Origin: a bacterium
GTDB lineage: Bacteria; UBA10199; 2-02-FULL-44-16; JAAZCA01
Reading direction: 5' to 3'
DNA: 64,000 nt
Assembly: GCA_963674695.2 (NCBI GenBank)
Contig: CAXXGI010000002.1
Location: forward strand, 224,001 to 288,000
The translations under genes and the position numbers were made by a program. This document shows, in pieces, positions 8,045-18,171 of this stretch (its first letter is position 1; each line of letters begins with the position of its first letter). The notes beneath the pieces were generated by a model, which worked only from the letters and a program-made list of their open reading frames with translations, searched no databases and was not told the DNA's origin.

Positions 8045-10630
8045 TTAGAGGTTCTTCTTCTTCTTCTTCTTTGCAATCGGCCGTTTTTTCGGCGCCGTTT
8101 TCTTTGAGACCCTTTTCTTTGCAGCCGGCTTTTTCGGGGTGGCCTTTTTCCTCGGCGCTGACTTTTTCTTTGGTTTCTTTTCGTCGAGTGTTCCGCCCGA
8201 CATTGCGGCGATCAGTTCGTTCATCTCCTTGAGGCGTCCGGTCACGCGTCCGTGCACCGTATCCTTCGGGTAGGTTCGATCCGATCGCATCTTTCCCGCA
8301 GGCATTCCGGTGAGCAGTTCGATGCCCTCGTCGATGGTGGTGACCGACCAGATGTGGAACTGGCCGCGTTCCACCGCTTCGACGACATCGCGACGCAGCA
8401 TGAGGTGTCGTTCGTTCTGCACCGGAATGATCACGCCCTGCGTTCCGGTGAGCCCCTGTGCCTTGCAGACGTCGAAGAATCCCGCGATCTTTTCGTTGGC
8501 ACCGCCGATGGGCTGGATGTCGCCGAGTTGGTTGACCGACCCCGTGACCGCCACATCCTGTCGCAGCGGAATGTTCCCGAGCGATGAGAGCAGCGCATAG
8601 ATTTCGGTGGAAGAAGCGGAGTCGCCGTCCACGCCGCCATAGGACTGCTCAAAGCAGAGCGACGCGGTGAGGTTGAGGGGTTCGCGTTGGGCATATTTCT
8701 GTCGCAGAAATCCGGTGAGGATCAAAATGCCCTTGTCGTGGATGGGCCCGGAGAGTTTGGCCTCGCGCTCCACGTTGATGACGCCGCCTTTGCCCACGGA
8801 GGTGGTCGCCGTCACGCGCGAAGGTTTGCCAAACGAGGCGTGTCCCATGGAATAGACGGAGAGCCCGTTGACCTGACCGACGCGCGAGCCCTGAGAATCG
8901 ATGAGAATGATCCCCTCTTCGATGAGGCGCTGCACGTGTTCTTCGCTCAGGCGGTGTCGGTTGCGTTTGGCTTCGAGCGCACGTTCGACATGCGCGCCGG
9001 AAATGCCCTTGGCCTTCTCCTCGCGCGCCCAGTGGTCGGCCTCTCGCAGGATATCGGTGATGTAGGCAAAGCGCGTCGAGATGCGTTCCTGCTGACCCGC
9101 TTCTTCGATGCCGTGTTCGACCATCGCGATGAGCCCGTCGCAATCGAGCGGGAGCAACTCCCCGCGTTCGACCACCGCCTTGAGCACCTGCGCATATTCG
9201 TGCGCCGAATCCGTGGTGAGCTTCATGGTGGTGTCAAAATCGGCGAGCACTTTGAAGGTCTTCGGAAAGTCCTCTTCATAGCTGTAGAGCGCGCGGTAGA
9301 GCCAGGTCGGTCCGATCATGATGACCGTGACGTTTAAGTCGATCGGCTCCGGCTTAATCGCCAGCGGCGCCATCTGAAAATAGGTCTCGGGCTGCTGAAT
9401 GACGAGTTCCTCTGTGCGCAGCACCCGCTTGAGCTGATCCCAGACCATGGGGCGCCGGAGGATGTCCATGGCGTTGATGATGATGAAACCGCCGTCAGCG
9501 CGCAGAAGCGAGCCCGCCTTGATGTGACGGAAGTCCGTGCTCCAGTATCCGCCCGGAGCGACGTTGTATTCGATGGCGCCGAAGAAGTTCGTAAAGCTGG
9601 GATTGTGTTCCTCCACGATGGGCGCGCATCCCTCCTCGGTCGATTCCGCGCTCTGATCGTAGAGGAGGTTGACCTCGTAATACCAGAATTGATCCTCCTG
9701 GCGCTGTTGCCCGCCGCCGATGACGATGAGCCCCTCCTGCTGGGGGCTGTTTTCCTTTTTGCCGGCAAAGGCGTCGATGTGTTGGAGGATGTGACTCTTC
9801 ATGCGCAGGAGATATTTGCGAACCTTTTCTCCCTTGTAGCGCGCGCGCAGATCATCCATGAGCCCATCGAGAACGAGCGAAGCCGCGTGCTGCACGAGAC
9901 GATCGAGCGCCTGATGCATCTCCTTGCCGAGCGCGCGCGCCTTGGTCAGCACGTGTTTGAGATCGCCGGAGAGGATCTTGTGGCGCTTGAACTTGGTGTT
10001 GCGTTCCTCCTCCGTCATCTTTCCTTCGCGCACGAGGTTGTCGAGAAAGTCGATGGAGACGGCCTCTTTTCCGATGATGGGGAAAACCGTCGGCGCGACA
10101 TAGCCTCCCTCCTGCACCTGGATGAGCGCGAACTCCTCCTTCTTGAGTTGCTCGGCGAACTCTTCGAAGAGCTTCTTCTCTTCGCGCTGATAGCGGTCGA
10201 CGAGCATTTCGCGTTCACGCTGAACGTGCGGGGCCTCGATCGCCTTGGGCACCTCGGCGCGCAACACGCGCACGAATTCGGCCATGTCATCGCGAAAGGT
10301 GCGCCCGCGCCCCGGCTCGAAGGTGAGCAGCAACGGTTCCGATGCGTTCACGAAGTTATAGACATAGCAGCGATCCGGCGGCGGAGCGCCGGTGATCTTG
10401 GTCTGTTCGAGTGCGCGGCGAATCGTCGAGACGCGTCCGGTGCCGGACATGCCGGAGACGTAGATGTTAAAACCGGTCTTCTGCAGCTTGATGCCCAATT
10501 CCAGGGCCTCGATGGCGCGCTTTTGGCCCACGATGGCGGTGGTCGCTTCGAGCTTTTGGGGGTTCTTGAATGTTTCGAGCATGTGGGCGTCAGGCTGCCA
10601 GCGCAGCTTGTCGGCGGTGAGCTTGTTCAC
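8045..10630 (-). CDS. Lon-like (LonB/LonC type) AAA+ S16 protease with Lys-rich C-terminal tail
   Basis: Variant Walker A GMSGTGR, GQVNGLSV, FEQSYGGVDGDSAS (Ser), IGGANEKI (Lys). Confidence 0.9.
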   Translation of the reverse strand: MNKLTADKLRWQPDAHMLETFKNPQKLEATTAIVGQKRAIEALELGIKLQKTGFNIYVSGMSGTGRVSTIRRALEQTKITGAPPPDRCYVYNFVNASEPLLLTFEPGRGRTFRDDMAEFVRVLRAEVPKAIEAPHVQREREMLVDRYQREEKKLFEEFAEQLKKEEFALIQVQEGGYVAPTVFPIIGKEAVSIDFLDNLVREGKMTEEERNTKFKRHKILSGDLKHVLTKARALGKEMHQALDRLVQHAASLVLDGLMDDLRARYKGEKVRKYLLRMKSHILQHIDAFAGKKENSPQQEGLIVIGGGQQRQEDQFWYYEVNLLYDQSAESTEEGCAPIVEEHNPSFTNFFGAIEYNVAPGGYWSTDFRHIKAGSLLRADGGFIIINAMDILRRPMVWDQLKRVLRTEELVIQQPETYFQMAPLAIKPEPIDLNVTVIMIGPTWLYRALYSYEEDFPKTFKVLADFDTTMKLTTDSAHEYAQVLKAVVERGELLPLDCDGLIAMVEHGIEEAGQQERISTRFAYITDILREADHWAREEKAKGISGAHVERALEAKRNRHRLSEEHVQRLIEEGIILIDSQGSRVGQVNGLSVYSMGHASFGKPSRVTATTSVGKGGVINVEREAKLSGPIHDKGILILTGFLRQKYAQREPLNLTASLCFEQSYGGVDGDSASSTEIYALLSSLGNIPLRQDVAVTGSVNQLGDIQPIGGANEKIAGFFDVCKAQGLTGTQGVIIPVQNERHLMLRRDVVEAVERGQFHIWSVTTIDEGIELLTGMPAGKMRSDRTYPKDTVHGRVTGRLKEMNELIAAMSGGTLDEKKPKKKSAPRKKATPKKPAAKKRVSKKTAPKKRPIAKKKKKKNL

Positions 10631-10739
10631 AGGGGTTCCTCTCTCGGGTTGGACGATTGTTTCGAGGCAAATACTAGGAAATCATTTCACATTTGTCCAG
10701 CCATGCCGCCAAGGAGGAGGCTATTCCTGAGATGGAGTG

Positions 10740-10885
10740 AGCCTTCGTCGGGAAGGACATTTTCGGTGACCGCCGTCTCGGCTCACACGCCGCCTCGACG
10801 GCTTTTTCTTCTTTCATCGCATTATCAGAGGCTTCGATCGCGATGAAAGAAGAGATCCCCTCAAATGTCCTTCCCGACGAAGGCT
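10740..10885 (+). repeat. Family-A structured element, copy 1 (~90-nt core, 23-bp closing stem)
   Basis: Core accgccgtctcggctc...gcgatgaaagaagagatcccc; arms 10740-10762 and 10863-10885 are perfectly complementary. Confidence 0.9.
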
Positions 10886-11031
10886 TCATGAAATCACGTC
10901 TGAAGAAGCACCCCGATTCAAGCGGTCGGCATGTCACGTATCCGAATGATGGCTCCCTCATGACGGCCTCGGCTTTACATCGGCGGGTCCTTGGCGATAT
11001 ACCCGGCGGGTTCCTATCAGGAGGAGGGCGT

Positions 11032-13383
11032 ATGCGGTTTTTGGCGGAGACGGAGCGGGTTGTGCCCGAGGGGCGTGAGGCGATCGATGCGTTGCTGGCG
11101 TTGGCGTCCGAGCGTGAGCATCGGTCGCTGACCGAACACGAGACCTATGAGCTGCTTGCGGCCGCGGGGCTTGCTGTGCCGGCGTGGGTCTTTCATCCGA
11201 TCGACGTCGATGTGGATGCGCTCGACGGGGTGTTGCCGCATGCCGGGCCCTTCGTGGCGAAGATGGTCGTGGCGGGACAGACGCACAAGACCGAGCTCGG
11301 TGGCATTGCGCTCAATGTCACCGCCGACAATGCAGGCGATATCATCGAGCGGTTTCGAGCGCAGGCCGCGGGGAAGGTCGAACTCTTGGGCGTGCTCTTC
11401 GTCGATCAGGTTGCGCATGCGCGTGAGTTGGGCGGCGAGATGCTCATCGGTCTCTACCAGGATCCCTTCTTCGGACCCTGTGTGGCGCTGGGCTTCGGCG
11501 GCACCGGAACCGAATACTACAAGTCGATCATGCGGCCGCATGAGGCGCAGGTCTTTATTCCCGCCGACATCGACCTGGATTCGGTGCGGCATATTCTGTC
11601 GCGTCTTCCGGTGGTCGAGATGCTCGAAGGGCGCGTGCGCGGTGCATCGCAGCAACTCTCCTTCGATGCGTTGCTCACGGCTGTGCGCCTCTTTCAGACG
11701 CTGGCACGGTGGTATGCACCCGAAAACCCGGAGGCCGCATGCGTGATCGAGGAGCTGGAGGTCAATCCCGCGATTGCGCATGAGGGGCGCGTGATTGCGC
11801 TCGATGGCGTCTGCATCGTGGGGGAGGCAGATGCGGGAAGCGTGCGTCGACACAAGCCGTTGGGGAAGATCGCCCATCTGCTCGCGCCCAAGAGCATCGC
11901 CATCGCGGGGGTGAGCGCCAAGAATCGAATGAGTCCGGCGGGTATTATCCTCAAGAAGTGTTTGAAGCAGGGGATCGCGTCGGAGCAGATCGTGCTCATC
12001 CATCCGAAGGAGCGCGAGATCGAGGGGATCGCCTGCGTGCCGAACATGGAGGCGATGCTTGCGGCGCGAAACGGCGAGCCCGTCGATTGCCTCGTGGTGG
12101 GTGTGCCGGCAAAGGTCGCGGGTTCGCTCATCGCCGAGTCGTTCGAACGATATGCCGCGCACAGTCTTCAGGTGATCTCAGCCGGGTTCGGCGAAACCGA
12201 GGCGGGGCGTTCCATGCAGCAGGAGTTGAGCACGCGTTTGCAGGCGCTCGACGCCACGCCCGAACGTCGGCCGGTCGTCAATGGTCCGAATACGCTCGGA
12301 AACACCTATCGTGGTTTCGATACCCTCTTCACGCCGCGCTATAAATCCTCCGGCACTGGGGCGGGGCGCACCAACGCCGCGCTCATCTGCCAGAGCGGCG
12401 CGTTCATGATCACGCGCATCTCGGATCTGGCCGACCGGGTCGCGCCGGCCATCGCCGTTTCGGTGGGCAATCAGATGGATCTCTCCGTCACTGATTTTTA
12501 TGAACACCTGCTCGAGGAGGAGGGGATCTCCACCTATGGCCTCTACATCGAGGGGCTCTGTGCGGGCGATGGCATTCGCCTCATGCGCCTGGTGCATGAG
12601 GCGCGCGAGCGGGGAAAGTTCACCGTGATCTATCGGGCGGGGCGCACCGAAGCGGGCATGGAGGCGGCGCGTGGGCATACCGCGGCGATGGCGGGCGACT
12701 ACGATATGTTCGCGCACCTGATGTATCGCTCCTGCGCGATGGTGGCCGACACCTTCGAGCGCTTCGACGACCTGATGATGTTGGCAACTTTCTGCGATCA
12801 GCTTCCCGAGCTCATGCAGGTGCCCGAAGGGCGCATCGGCGTGGCCGCGCTGTCCAACGCGGGGTTTGAAAAATGCGCGATGGCCGATCACCTGATGGAG
12901 CGGGATTCGCTCGCCTTTGAGTTGGCGCCGTTTACACCGGAGACGGTCGAGCGACTTCGGGCCATCTATGCGGAGTATGGCATCGGTGCGATCCTCGATA
13001 TCGGCGAGGTCCTCGATCTCTCGCCGATGATGAGCGATGCGGGATATGAACAGGTCATTCGTACGGTGCTGGATGATACTCATGTCCATTTCGGTGTTTT
13101 CTCGATCGTCCCCGAGACCGGCATGCTCAACACCTGCGAACCGGGCGATCGCCATCGCGAAGACCTGATGCGCGACGGCTCCATCCTCGATCGCCTCGCT
13201 CGAATCCGTCGCGAGGTGCACAAGCCCTTCGTCGTCTCCATCGAATCGGGCTCGCTCTACGATCGCTTTGCCCACGAACTCCTCGCCGCCGGCATCCCCG
13301 CCTTTCGTAGCGCGGACACCGCCGCCCGTGCGGTGGCAACTTGCCTCGATGCCATACGCCCCGATGTCTTGGCGGGTCGTTGA
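11032..13383 (+). CDS. ADP-forming acetate/acyl-CoA synthetase (ATP-grasp domain first, then CoA-binding and ligase domains)
   Basis: HKTELGG, DPFFGPCVALGFGG, ELEVNP; ISAGFGE, GPNTLG, QSGA, SVGNQMD, GHTAAMAG (phospho-His); AGGAGG RBS. Confidence 0.9.
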   Translation: MRFLAETERVVPEGREAIDALLALASEREHRSLTEHETYELLAAAGLAVPAWVFHPIDVDVDALDGVLPHAGPFVAKMVVAGQTHKTELGGIALNVTADNAGDIIERFRAQAAGKVELLGVLFVDQVAHARELGGEMLIGLYQDPFFGPCVALGFGGTGTEYYKSIMRPHEAQVFIPADIDLDSVRHILSRLPVVEMLEGRVRGASQQLSFDALLTAVRLFQTLARWYAPENPEAACVIEELEVNPAIAHEGRVIALDGVCIVGEADAGSVRRHKPLGKIAHLLAPKSIAIAGVSAKNRMSPAGIILKKCLKQGIASEQIVLIHPKEREIEGIACVPNMEAMLAARNGEPVDCLVVGVPAKVAGSLIAESFERYAAHSLQVISAGFGETEAGRSMQQELSTRLQALDATPERRPVVNGPNTLGNTYRGFDTLFTPRYKSSGTGAGRTNAALICQSGAFMITRISDLADRVAPAIAVSVGNQMDLSVTDFYEHLLEEEGISTYGLYIEGLCAGDGIRLMRLVHEARERGKFTVIYRAGRTEAGMEAARGHTAAMAGDYDMFAHLMYRSCAMVADTFERFDDLMMLATFCDQLPELMQVPEGRIGVAALSNAGFEKCAMADHLMERDSLAFELAPFTPETVERLRAIYAEYGIGAILDIGEVLDLSPMMSDAGYEQVIRTVLDDTHVHFGVFSIVPETGMLNTCEPGDRHREDLMRDGSILDRLARIRREVHKPFVVSIESGSLYDRFAHELLAAGIPAFRSADTAARAVATCLDAIRPDVLAGR

Positions 13384-13612
13384 AAAAGGGCCAGACCTTA
13401 CATCGGGGACGGTTCGGGTTTTTGTTAACCTGTTGATAATGCAGGTGAATTCATGGTTTTCGCGTCCATCGAGAACCGTCCCCGATGGCCGGTTTTTGTC
13501 GGATAATTTTGTGGTTTTGGGGCGGTTACGCTGTTATAAAGGAACGACCAACACGGCACCATCGGCCGGGGGACCGAGGAAGCCACGCGAGGTTCGTGGA
13601 AAGGGGTCCCCC

Positions 13613-15292
13613 ATGTCCGACGTACTGCTCGTCTCTGATTCGAACGCCTCCACACCAAAACGCATCGACGATAGCTGGGAACAACAGCGTATCCCGCAAG
13701 AGGATACCCACGCCGAGCGACTTCCAACAGGATCCTGCGAGCCGGTGATGTTCAGCGTGGATGAATTGGCACAGCTCGTCTATCCGCGGCTTTCCGAATC
13801 GCTGCAACAGGAGCTGAACGCTATCGGTCAGACGCGCCAAAAGCCGGGGTGGAGTCAGCTCTCCTTCTTTCTCGGCGGCACCTTCGAGCGCGGCGGGCTC
13901 AACTCGCGTGATCAGCGTACGTCAAGTGTGCGTGTCTGGAATCAAGACAAACAGAAATATATCAGTCGGCGCGTCGCCGACTGGGATCACATCTGGCGCT
14001 CCGAGGCCTTTCGGTATCGGTTCGTCGCGACGGAGGGAACGCTCGGATCGAGGATCGATTCGGATACGAAGCTCTCCGCACACGAAAAACACGTCGTCCG
14101 TCAGGTCATGAATTCGCTTTTGGCCGCAGCCCCCGGCGGCGGTTCGCGAAACCTGATCGAGTCGATCTATTTTCCGAGCTTTCCCCTCGAAGGGGCCGCA
14201 CGCCGCGCGACGCGCGGAAACGTCTTCACGCCGTGCCTCGTCCTCAAGATCAGCGACGGCGACACGATCACGGTCGAGGTGCGGCCCAGCGGCTGTAAAT
14301 CCTATGTGAACGCCATCCGGTTTGCCGGCATCGATACGCCGGAGAAATTTCGGTCGACGAAGTTTTACGCCCAGATGGACGGCATCATCGACAAATGGCG
14401 AAGAGAGGGGCTCGTCTCGAAGCGGGAGATGATGGTGATCGCCGCCAACGAGGAGAGGCGTGCCCAGCTTCGTGCCATCAAGAAATCGACGAGGAGCGTG
14501 AAGCGCACGCCGCTGGAACAGCTTCTGGCCAATCGCATGGAGTATGCGGGGGCTGTGAGTTCGCTCGTCATGAAGGACCTGCTCGCCTGGGCGATGGCGA
14601 AAAAATGCGGGTTTGCCCTGGAGGAGACCTACAACCGCGTCCTCAAGCCCGGCCAGGACCCGATCGCCTGCGACATGGTGACGCTCTACGGCAACTACAT
14701 GCGCGATATCGCGGTCGTGCGCCTCCTCAAACCGGAGCTCATCGAACAGTATATGCGCGAGCGCCTGCCGGTCCTGATGCGCGACGGTGGAAATTTTTCC
14801 TGGCTCAAGGCTTCGCAAGCGGACGTGAATGGCAATAAAGCGGAACCCACCAACGGTCGCGAGCTGTGGGCGAACTATCAGCTCTCGACGCTTTCGAAGG
14901 CGGAGAAGGACTATCTCAAAAAATTGCGCAAGGGCGGGCGCCACAAACTCGCTGACCTGCTCGACCCGGCCAAGTTCCCCGCGCCCTGGGAGATGTTCTC
15001 GCCGAAGAAGACCCGGAAGATGGTGGAGGGATATGCGGCGTTGCTCGACAAACACCCCGACCGCCGCGGCGACTTGAACCTGGCGATGATCGCCATGGGC
15101 GGGTCGTATGCCTACGCCAAGTACCGCAACGACCACACCGACACGTATCTGGCCGCCAGTGCCTTCGTCGAAAAGCATAAGTTGGGAATCTGGGGCGAGG
15201 AGACCGTGCGCCTGCTCGACGTGAACAAATGGATCGTGCGCAACGGAAAGCTCGAGCCCTTCACGCCTCCGAAGGATTGCCTCACATCATAG
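13613..15292 (+). CDS. Thermonuclease (SNase)-domain protein with long N-terminal region and large internal insertion
   Basis: ISDGDTITV, IRFAGIDTPE, and C-terminal LNLAMIAMGGS...KLGIWG SNase motifs. Confidence 0.75.
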   Translation: MSDVLLVSDSNASTPKRIDDSWEQQRIPQEDTHAERLPTGSCEPVMFSVDELAQLVYPRLSESLQQELNAIGQTRQKPGWSQLSFFLGGTFERGGLNSRDQRTSSVRVWNQDKQKYISRRVADWDHIWRSEAFRYRFVATEGTLGSRIDSDTKLSAHEKHVVRQVMNSLLAAAPGGGSRNLIESIYFPSFPLEGAARRATRGNVFTPCLVLKISDGDTITVEVRPSGCKSYVNAIRFAGIDTPEKFRSTKFYAQMDGIIDKWRREGLVSKREMMVIAANEERRAQLRAIKKSTRSVKRTPLEQLLANRMEYAGAVSSLVMKDLLAWAMAKKCGFALEETYNRVLKPGQDPIACDMVTLYGNYMRDIAVVRLLKPELIEQYMRERLPVLMRDGGNFSWLKASQADVNGNKAEPTNGRELWANYQLSTLSKAEKDYLKKLRKGGRHKLADLLDPAKFPAPWEMFSPKKTRKMVEGYAALLDKHPDRRGDLNLAMIAMGGSYAYAKYRNDHTDTYLAASAFVEKHKLGIWGEETVRLLDVNKWIVRNGKLEPFTPPKDCLTS

Positions 15293-15322
15293 CGTTGAAC
15301 TATAGCTGGGGAACGAAGAGAA

Positions 15323-15898
15323 CTATCCGACGGCCGCTTCGCCGAAGGCAAACGCGCGCCTATTGAGTTCGATGACCTTTTCGCCCTTCTTGGCGAAACG
15401 CTTCTCGACGTCGGCGATAATTCCCTCTTTGAGGTTATCGAGATCGAGGGCGGCGCACAGCGCGCCGACCATGGCGACGTTGATCATGCGCTCGTTTTTG
15501 AGTTCGTCGACCAGCGCATTGGCGTCCACGACGACTGTCTTGCAGCGCTCGGCCAGTGCCGAGAGAATCTTGGCTTCATCCGGATAGGCGATGTTCTTGA
15601 TCGGCCGATTGCTCGTGATCACCACGCCCTCCGGCGAGAGATAGTCGACATAGCGCAGCGCCTCCATCGGTTCGGTGGCGAGGATATAATCTCCCGCCCC
15701 CTTCGGGATGATGTCGCTGTGGATCTCGCCGTCGGAGAGCCGAACGAAGCAGACCACCGCGCCGCCGCGCTGGGCCATACCGTGCACCTCGTTCTGCTTG
15801 GAGTTGAGTCCAAGCTTTCCCGTCTGCGTCACGACCATGGCCGCCGCTGAAACGATTCCCTGTCCGCCAACTCCTGCGAATACGATGTCATATTTCAT
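15323..15898 (-). CDS. iorB: Indolepyruvate:ferredoxin oxidoreductase beta subunit
   Basis: AGVGGQG, EVHGMAQRGGAV and EPMEALR motifs; GGAG RBS. Confidence 0.92.
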   Translation of the reverse strand: MKYDIVFAGVGGQGIVSAAAMVVTQTGKLGLNSKQNEVHGMAQRGGAVVCFVRLSDGEIHSDIIPKGAGDYILATEPMEALRYVDYLSPEGVVITSNRPIKNIAYPDEAKILSALAERCKTVVVDANALVDELKNERMINVAMVGALCAALDLDNLKEGIIADVEKRFAKKGEKVIELNRRAFAFGEAAVG

Positions 15899-15911
15899 GA
15901 TGAACTCCGTG

Positions 15912-16449
15912 AGATGGTGAGATAGCTCAATAGTAAGATGGCTCAACGGCATAAAAGCTTCAAAAAACTACTTCGTGAGTGCTTTGTAAAAATTCGTCAA
16001 CGAGCGACCGACGAGATCGTTGACGCGCCGGAGCTCTTCAAAATCCTCATTTCTGAAATACTCCAATTCTTGAGCAATGAGCATGAATGTTTCAACTTCT
16101 GCATTCGATCCGAGTGCAATGCTGATGAAACGTGATTTTTCTCTATCATAGCGACGACTATAGCCTTCGGCGATGTTGGCTGGAATAGATGCTGCGCATC
16201 GGCGAAGTTGCGAAACGATTCCGTATAGTTCTTCCTTCGGAAAAGACTTGGTGGATCGGTAAACGAGCAAACACTGATCAAATGCAGCTCGCCAAACATC
16301 GAGGTCCTTATATGATTGAATTGCCTTTGCCACCTTTGCCTTTTCACGATGTTCGGCTGTCAAACGACAGCGCTTTATTTGTTTGCGCTATCTCACCATT
16401 ACGCCATCTTGCCATTGAGCCATCTCACGATTGAGCTATCTCGCCATCT
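15912..16449. mobile_element. IVS-like cassette: four-helix-bundle gene bounded by 39-bp imperfect inverted repeats
   Basis: 15912-15950 matches the reverse complement of 16411-16449 at 35/39; arms are built of degenerate 9-mers; cassette is AT-richer than iorA/iorB. Confidence 0.6.
15968..16363 (-). CDS. Four-helix-bundle protein (23S rRNA intervening-sequence protein family)
   Basis: YKDLDVW, FPKEELYGIVSQLRRCAASIPANIAEG and IALGSNAEVET signature; alternative GTG start at 16333. Confidence 0.92.
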   Translation of the reverse strand: MTAEHREKAKVAKAIQSYKDLDVWRAAFDQCLLVYRSTKSFPKEELYGIVSQLRRCAASIPANIAEGYSRRYDREKSRFISIALGSNAEVETFMLIAQELEYFRNEDFEELRRVNDLVGRSLTNFYKALTK

Positions 16450-18049
16450 AACGAATCTGCACACACTTCCTCTTTGCAATTACCACGCTCGGCCCGCGAT
16501 ATTCCAATTCTTCGCGGAGCACGCGGGTGTTCTCCTCGTGATTCTTCGGCAGCGGGGTGATGACGCGCAGGTGCGCGCGGTCGATGCCCAGACCCAGGAC
16601 GAGTTTTTCGAGCGCGGCCTCACCGACGATCGTCTCCTGCCCGCCGGTCATGCCGGTCGTGGAGTTGTCGAGGATGATCGTTGTAAAGGGCGTTCCGCGC
16701 GCGATGCCTTCCGCAAGCGGCGTGATGCCGGAATGGTCGAAGGTGGAGTCGCCGAGCACGGCGATCGCATAAGGCAGGCCCTGTTCGCCGGCGGCCTTGG
16801 CCATGGAGACCGAGGCCCCCATGCAGAGGCAGGAATGGATCGCCTCGAAGGGCGGATAGAATCCCAACGTGTAGCAACCGATATCGGAGAAGACGAGTCG
16901 CTCGGATTCCTTGCCTTCGCACGCGGCCTTTAAGGCCTTGTACGTATCATCGTGCGGGCAGCCGCGGCAGAGTGCCGGCGGGCGCGTGCGGACGAGATCG
17001 TCGCTTGCGGGTGCACAGGCTTTACGCGGCGCCAACCCGAGGGCTGTGCGCACGTTGTCGGCGTTGAGTTCTCCCGAGCGCGGCAGCGTGCCGTCGAGTT
17101 TTCCGTGCACGGGGACAAGCTTTCCGGCCTTGGCCAGATAGGCGGGCAGCATCCGCTCGATGAAGGGATAGCCCTCTTCGATGACGAGGATCTCCTCGGA
17201 AGCGGTGATCAGTTCGCGCACCTTCGATTCGGGCAGCGGGTATTGGCCGATGCGCAGGAAGGAACACTCCAGCCCGCCCTCGGCATAGTTTTCCATGAAG
17301 GAGTTGAATCCCAGTCCCGCGACGACGATGCCCAGCCGCGCTCCAGGCGTGAGCGTGAGTTCGTTGAATGCGCTCGCCTCAGCGGCCTTTACGAGTTCAC
17401 TCTGTTTGCCTAACAGTTTTTCATATTGCGGACGCGCGTTCGACGGCAATAGCGTCCAGCGGTTGAAGTCGGTCGGGATCGTCAGCGTTTTCCGTTCTTC
17501 GGTCGCCGCGAATTCAACCTTCGCGCGCGTGTGGGAGATGCGCGTGGTCAGGCGCATCATCACCGGGATCTCCAGACGTTCAGAGAGCGCAAACGCCTGT
17601 CGCGTCATGTCGTAGGCCTGCTGTTGCGTGTGCGGCTCGAAGCAGGGGATCTGCGCGAAATCCGAAAAGTAGCGGCTGTCCTGTTCGTTCTGCGAGGAGT
17701 GCATCGACGGATCATCGGCGACCGCGATGACCATTCCCCCCGCGCAACCGGTGACCGCCGCGTTCATGAAGGGGTCAGCGGCGACATTCAGGCCCACGTG
17801 TTTCATGTTCACGAGCGCGCGCAGACCGAGCATCGAGGCGCCCACCGCCTCTTCCATGGCGACCTTCTCGTTGATCGACCAGGCGTTCGTGATGCCGCAA
17901 TCGGGGTAGGTGGCGGCGTATTTTTGGATCGCCTCCTGGATCTCGGTGGCGGGCGTGCCCGGATAGGCGTAGCTGCCGGAGATGCCGGCATGGATGGCGG
18001 CCATGGCCACCGCTTCGTCGCCCAGAAGCGTCATGGTGTGTGCGGTCAT
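16448..18049 (-). CDS. iorA: Indolepyruvate:ferredoxin oxidoreductase alpha subunit
   Basis: YPGTPATEI, NEKVAME, MKHVGLNVAADP, SSQNEQDSR, CRGCPH, DIGCY and GDSTF..SG TPP motif. Confidence 0.93.
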   Translation of the reverse strand: MTAHTMTLLGDEAVAMAAIHAGISGSYAYPGTPATEIQEAIQKYAATYPDCGITNAWSINEKVAMEEAVGASMLGLRALVNMKHVGLNVAADPFMNAAVTGCAGGMVIAVADDPSMHSSQNEQDSRYFSDFAQIPCFEPHTQQQAYDMTRQAFALSERLEIPVMMRLTTRISHTRAKVEFAATEERKTLTIPTDFNRWTLLPSNARPQYEKLLGKQSELVKAAEASAFNELTLTPGARLGIVVAGLGFNSFMENYAEGGLECSFLRIGQYPLPESKVRELITASEEILVIEEGYPFIERMLPAYLAKAGKLVPVHGKLDGTLPRSGELNADNVRTALGLAPRKACAPASDDLVRTRPPALCRGCPHDDTYKALKAACEGKESERLVFSDIGCYTLGFYPPFEAIHSCLCMGASVSMAKAAGEQGLPYAIAVLGDSTFDHSGITPLAEGIARGTPFTTIILDNSTTGMTGGQETIVGEAALEKLVLGLGIDRAHLRVITPLPKNHEENTRVLREELEYRGPSVVIAKRKCVQIR

Positions 18050-18171
18050 AAGAACCCTCCCCACGTGCGAGCAGAAGCGCTCGCGCGTCCATCGTATAGT
18101 CCGGCAAAGGGCTTCAAGTCAAATACTGGCGCGCGATACCGCCTCCTTCCTATGCCGATGTTCTCTTCGTG

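Noticed and set aside
9524-10846. Long ORFs antisense to real genes (also 13922-15178, 24428-25864, 36633-38087, 56147-57628, 57734-59692)
   Set aside because: Shadow frames typical of high-GC codon usage; no motifs or RBS, and they overlap well-supported genes on the other strand.
10843-11031. Extended N-termini in the ORF track (also 6812-8041, 13268, 18324, 36138, 53377-55410)
   Set aside because: The extensions run through repeats or neighbouring genes; downstream ATGs have better RBS and match family starts.
15968-16363. Diversity-generating retroelement (Avd-like gene)
   Set aside because: No reverse transcriptase, and no template/variable repeat pair differing at adenines was seen.
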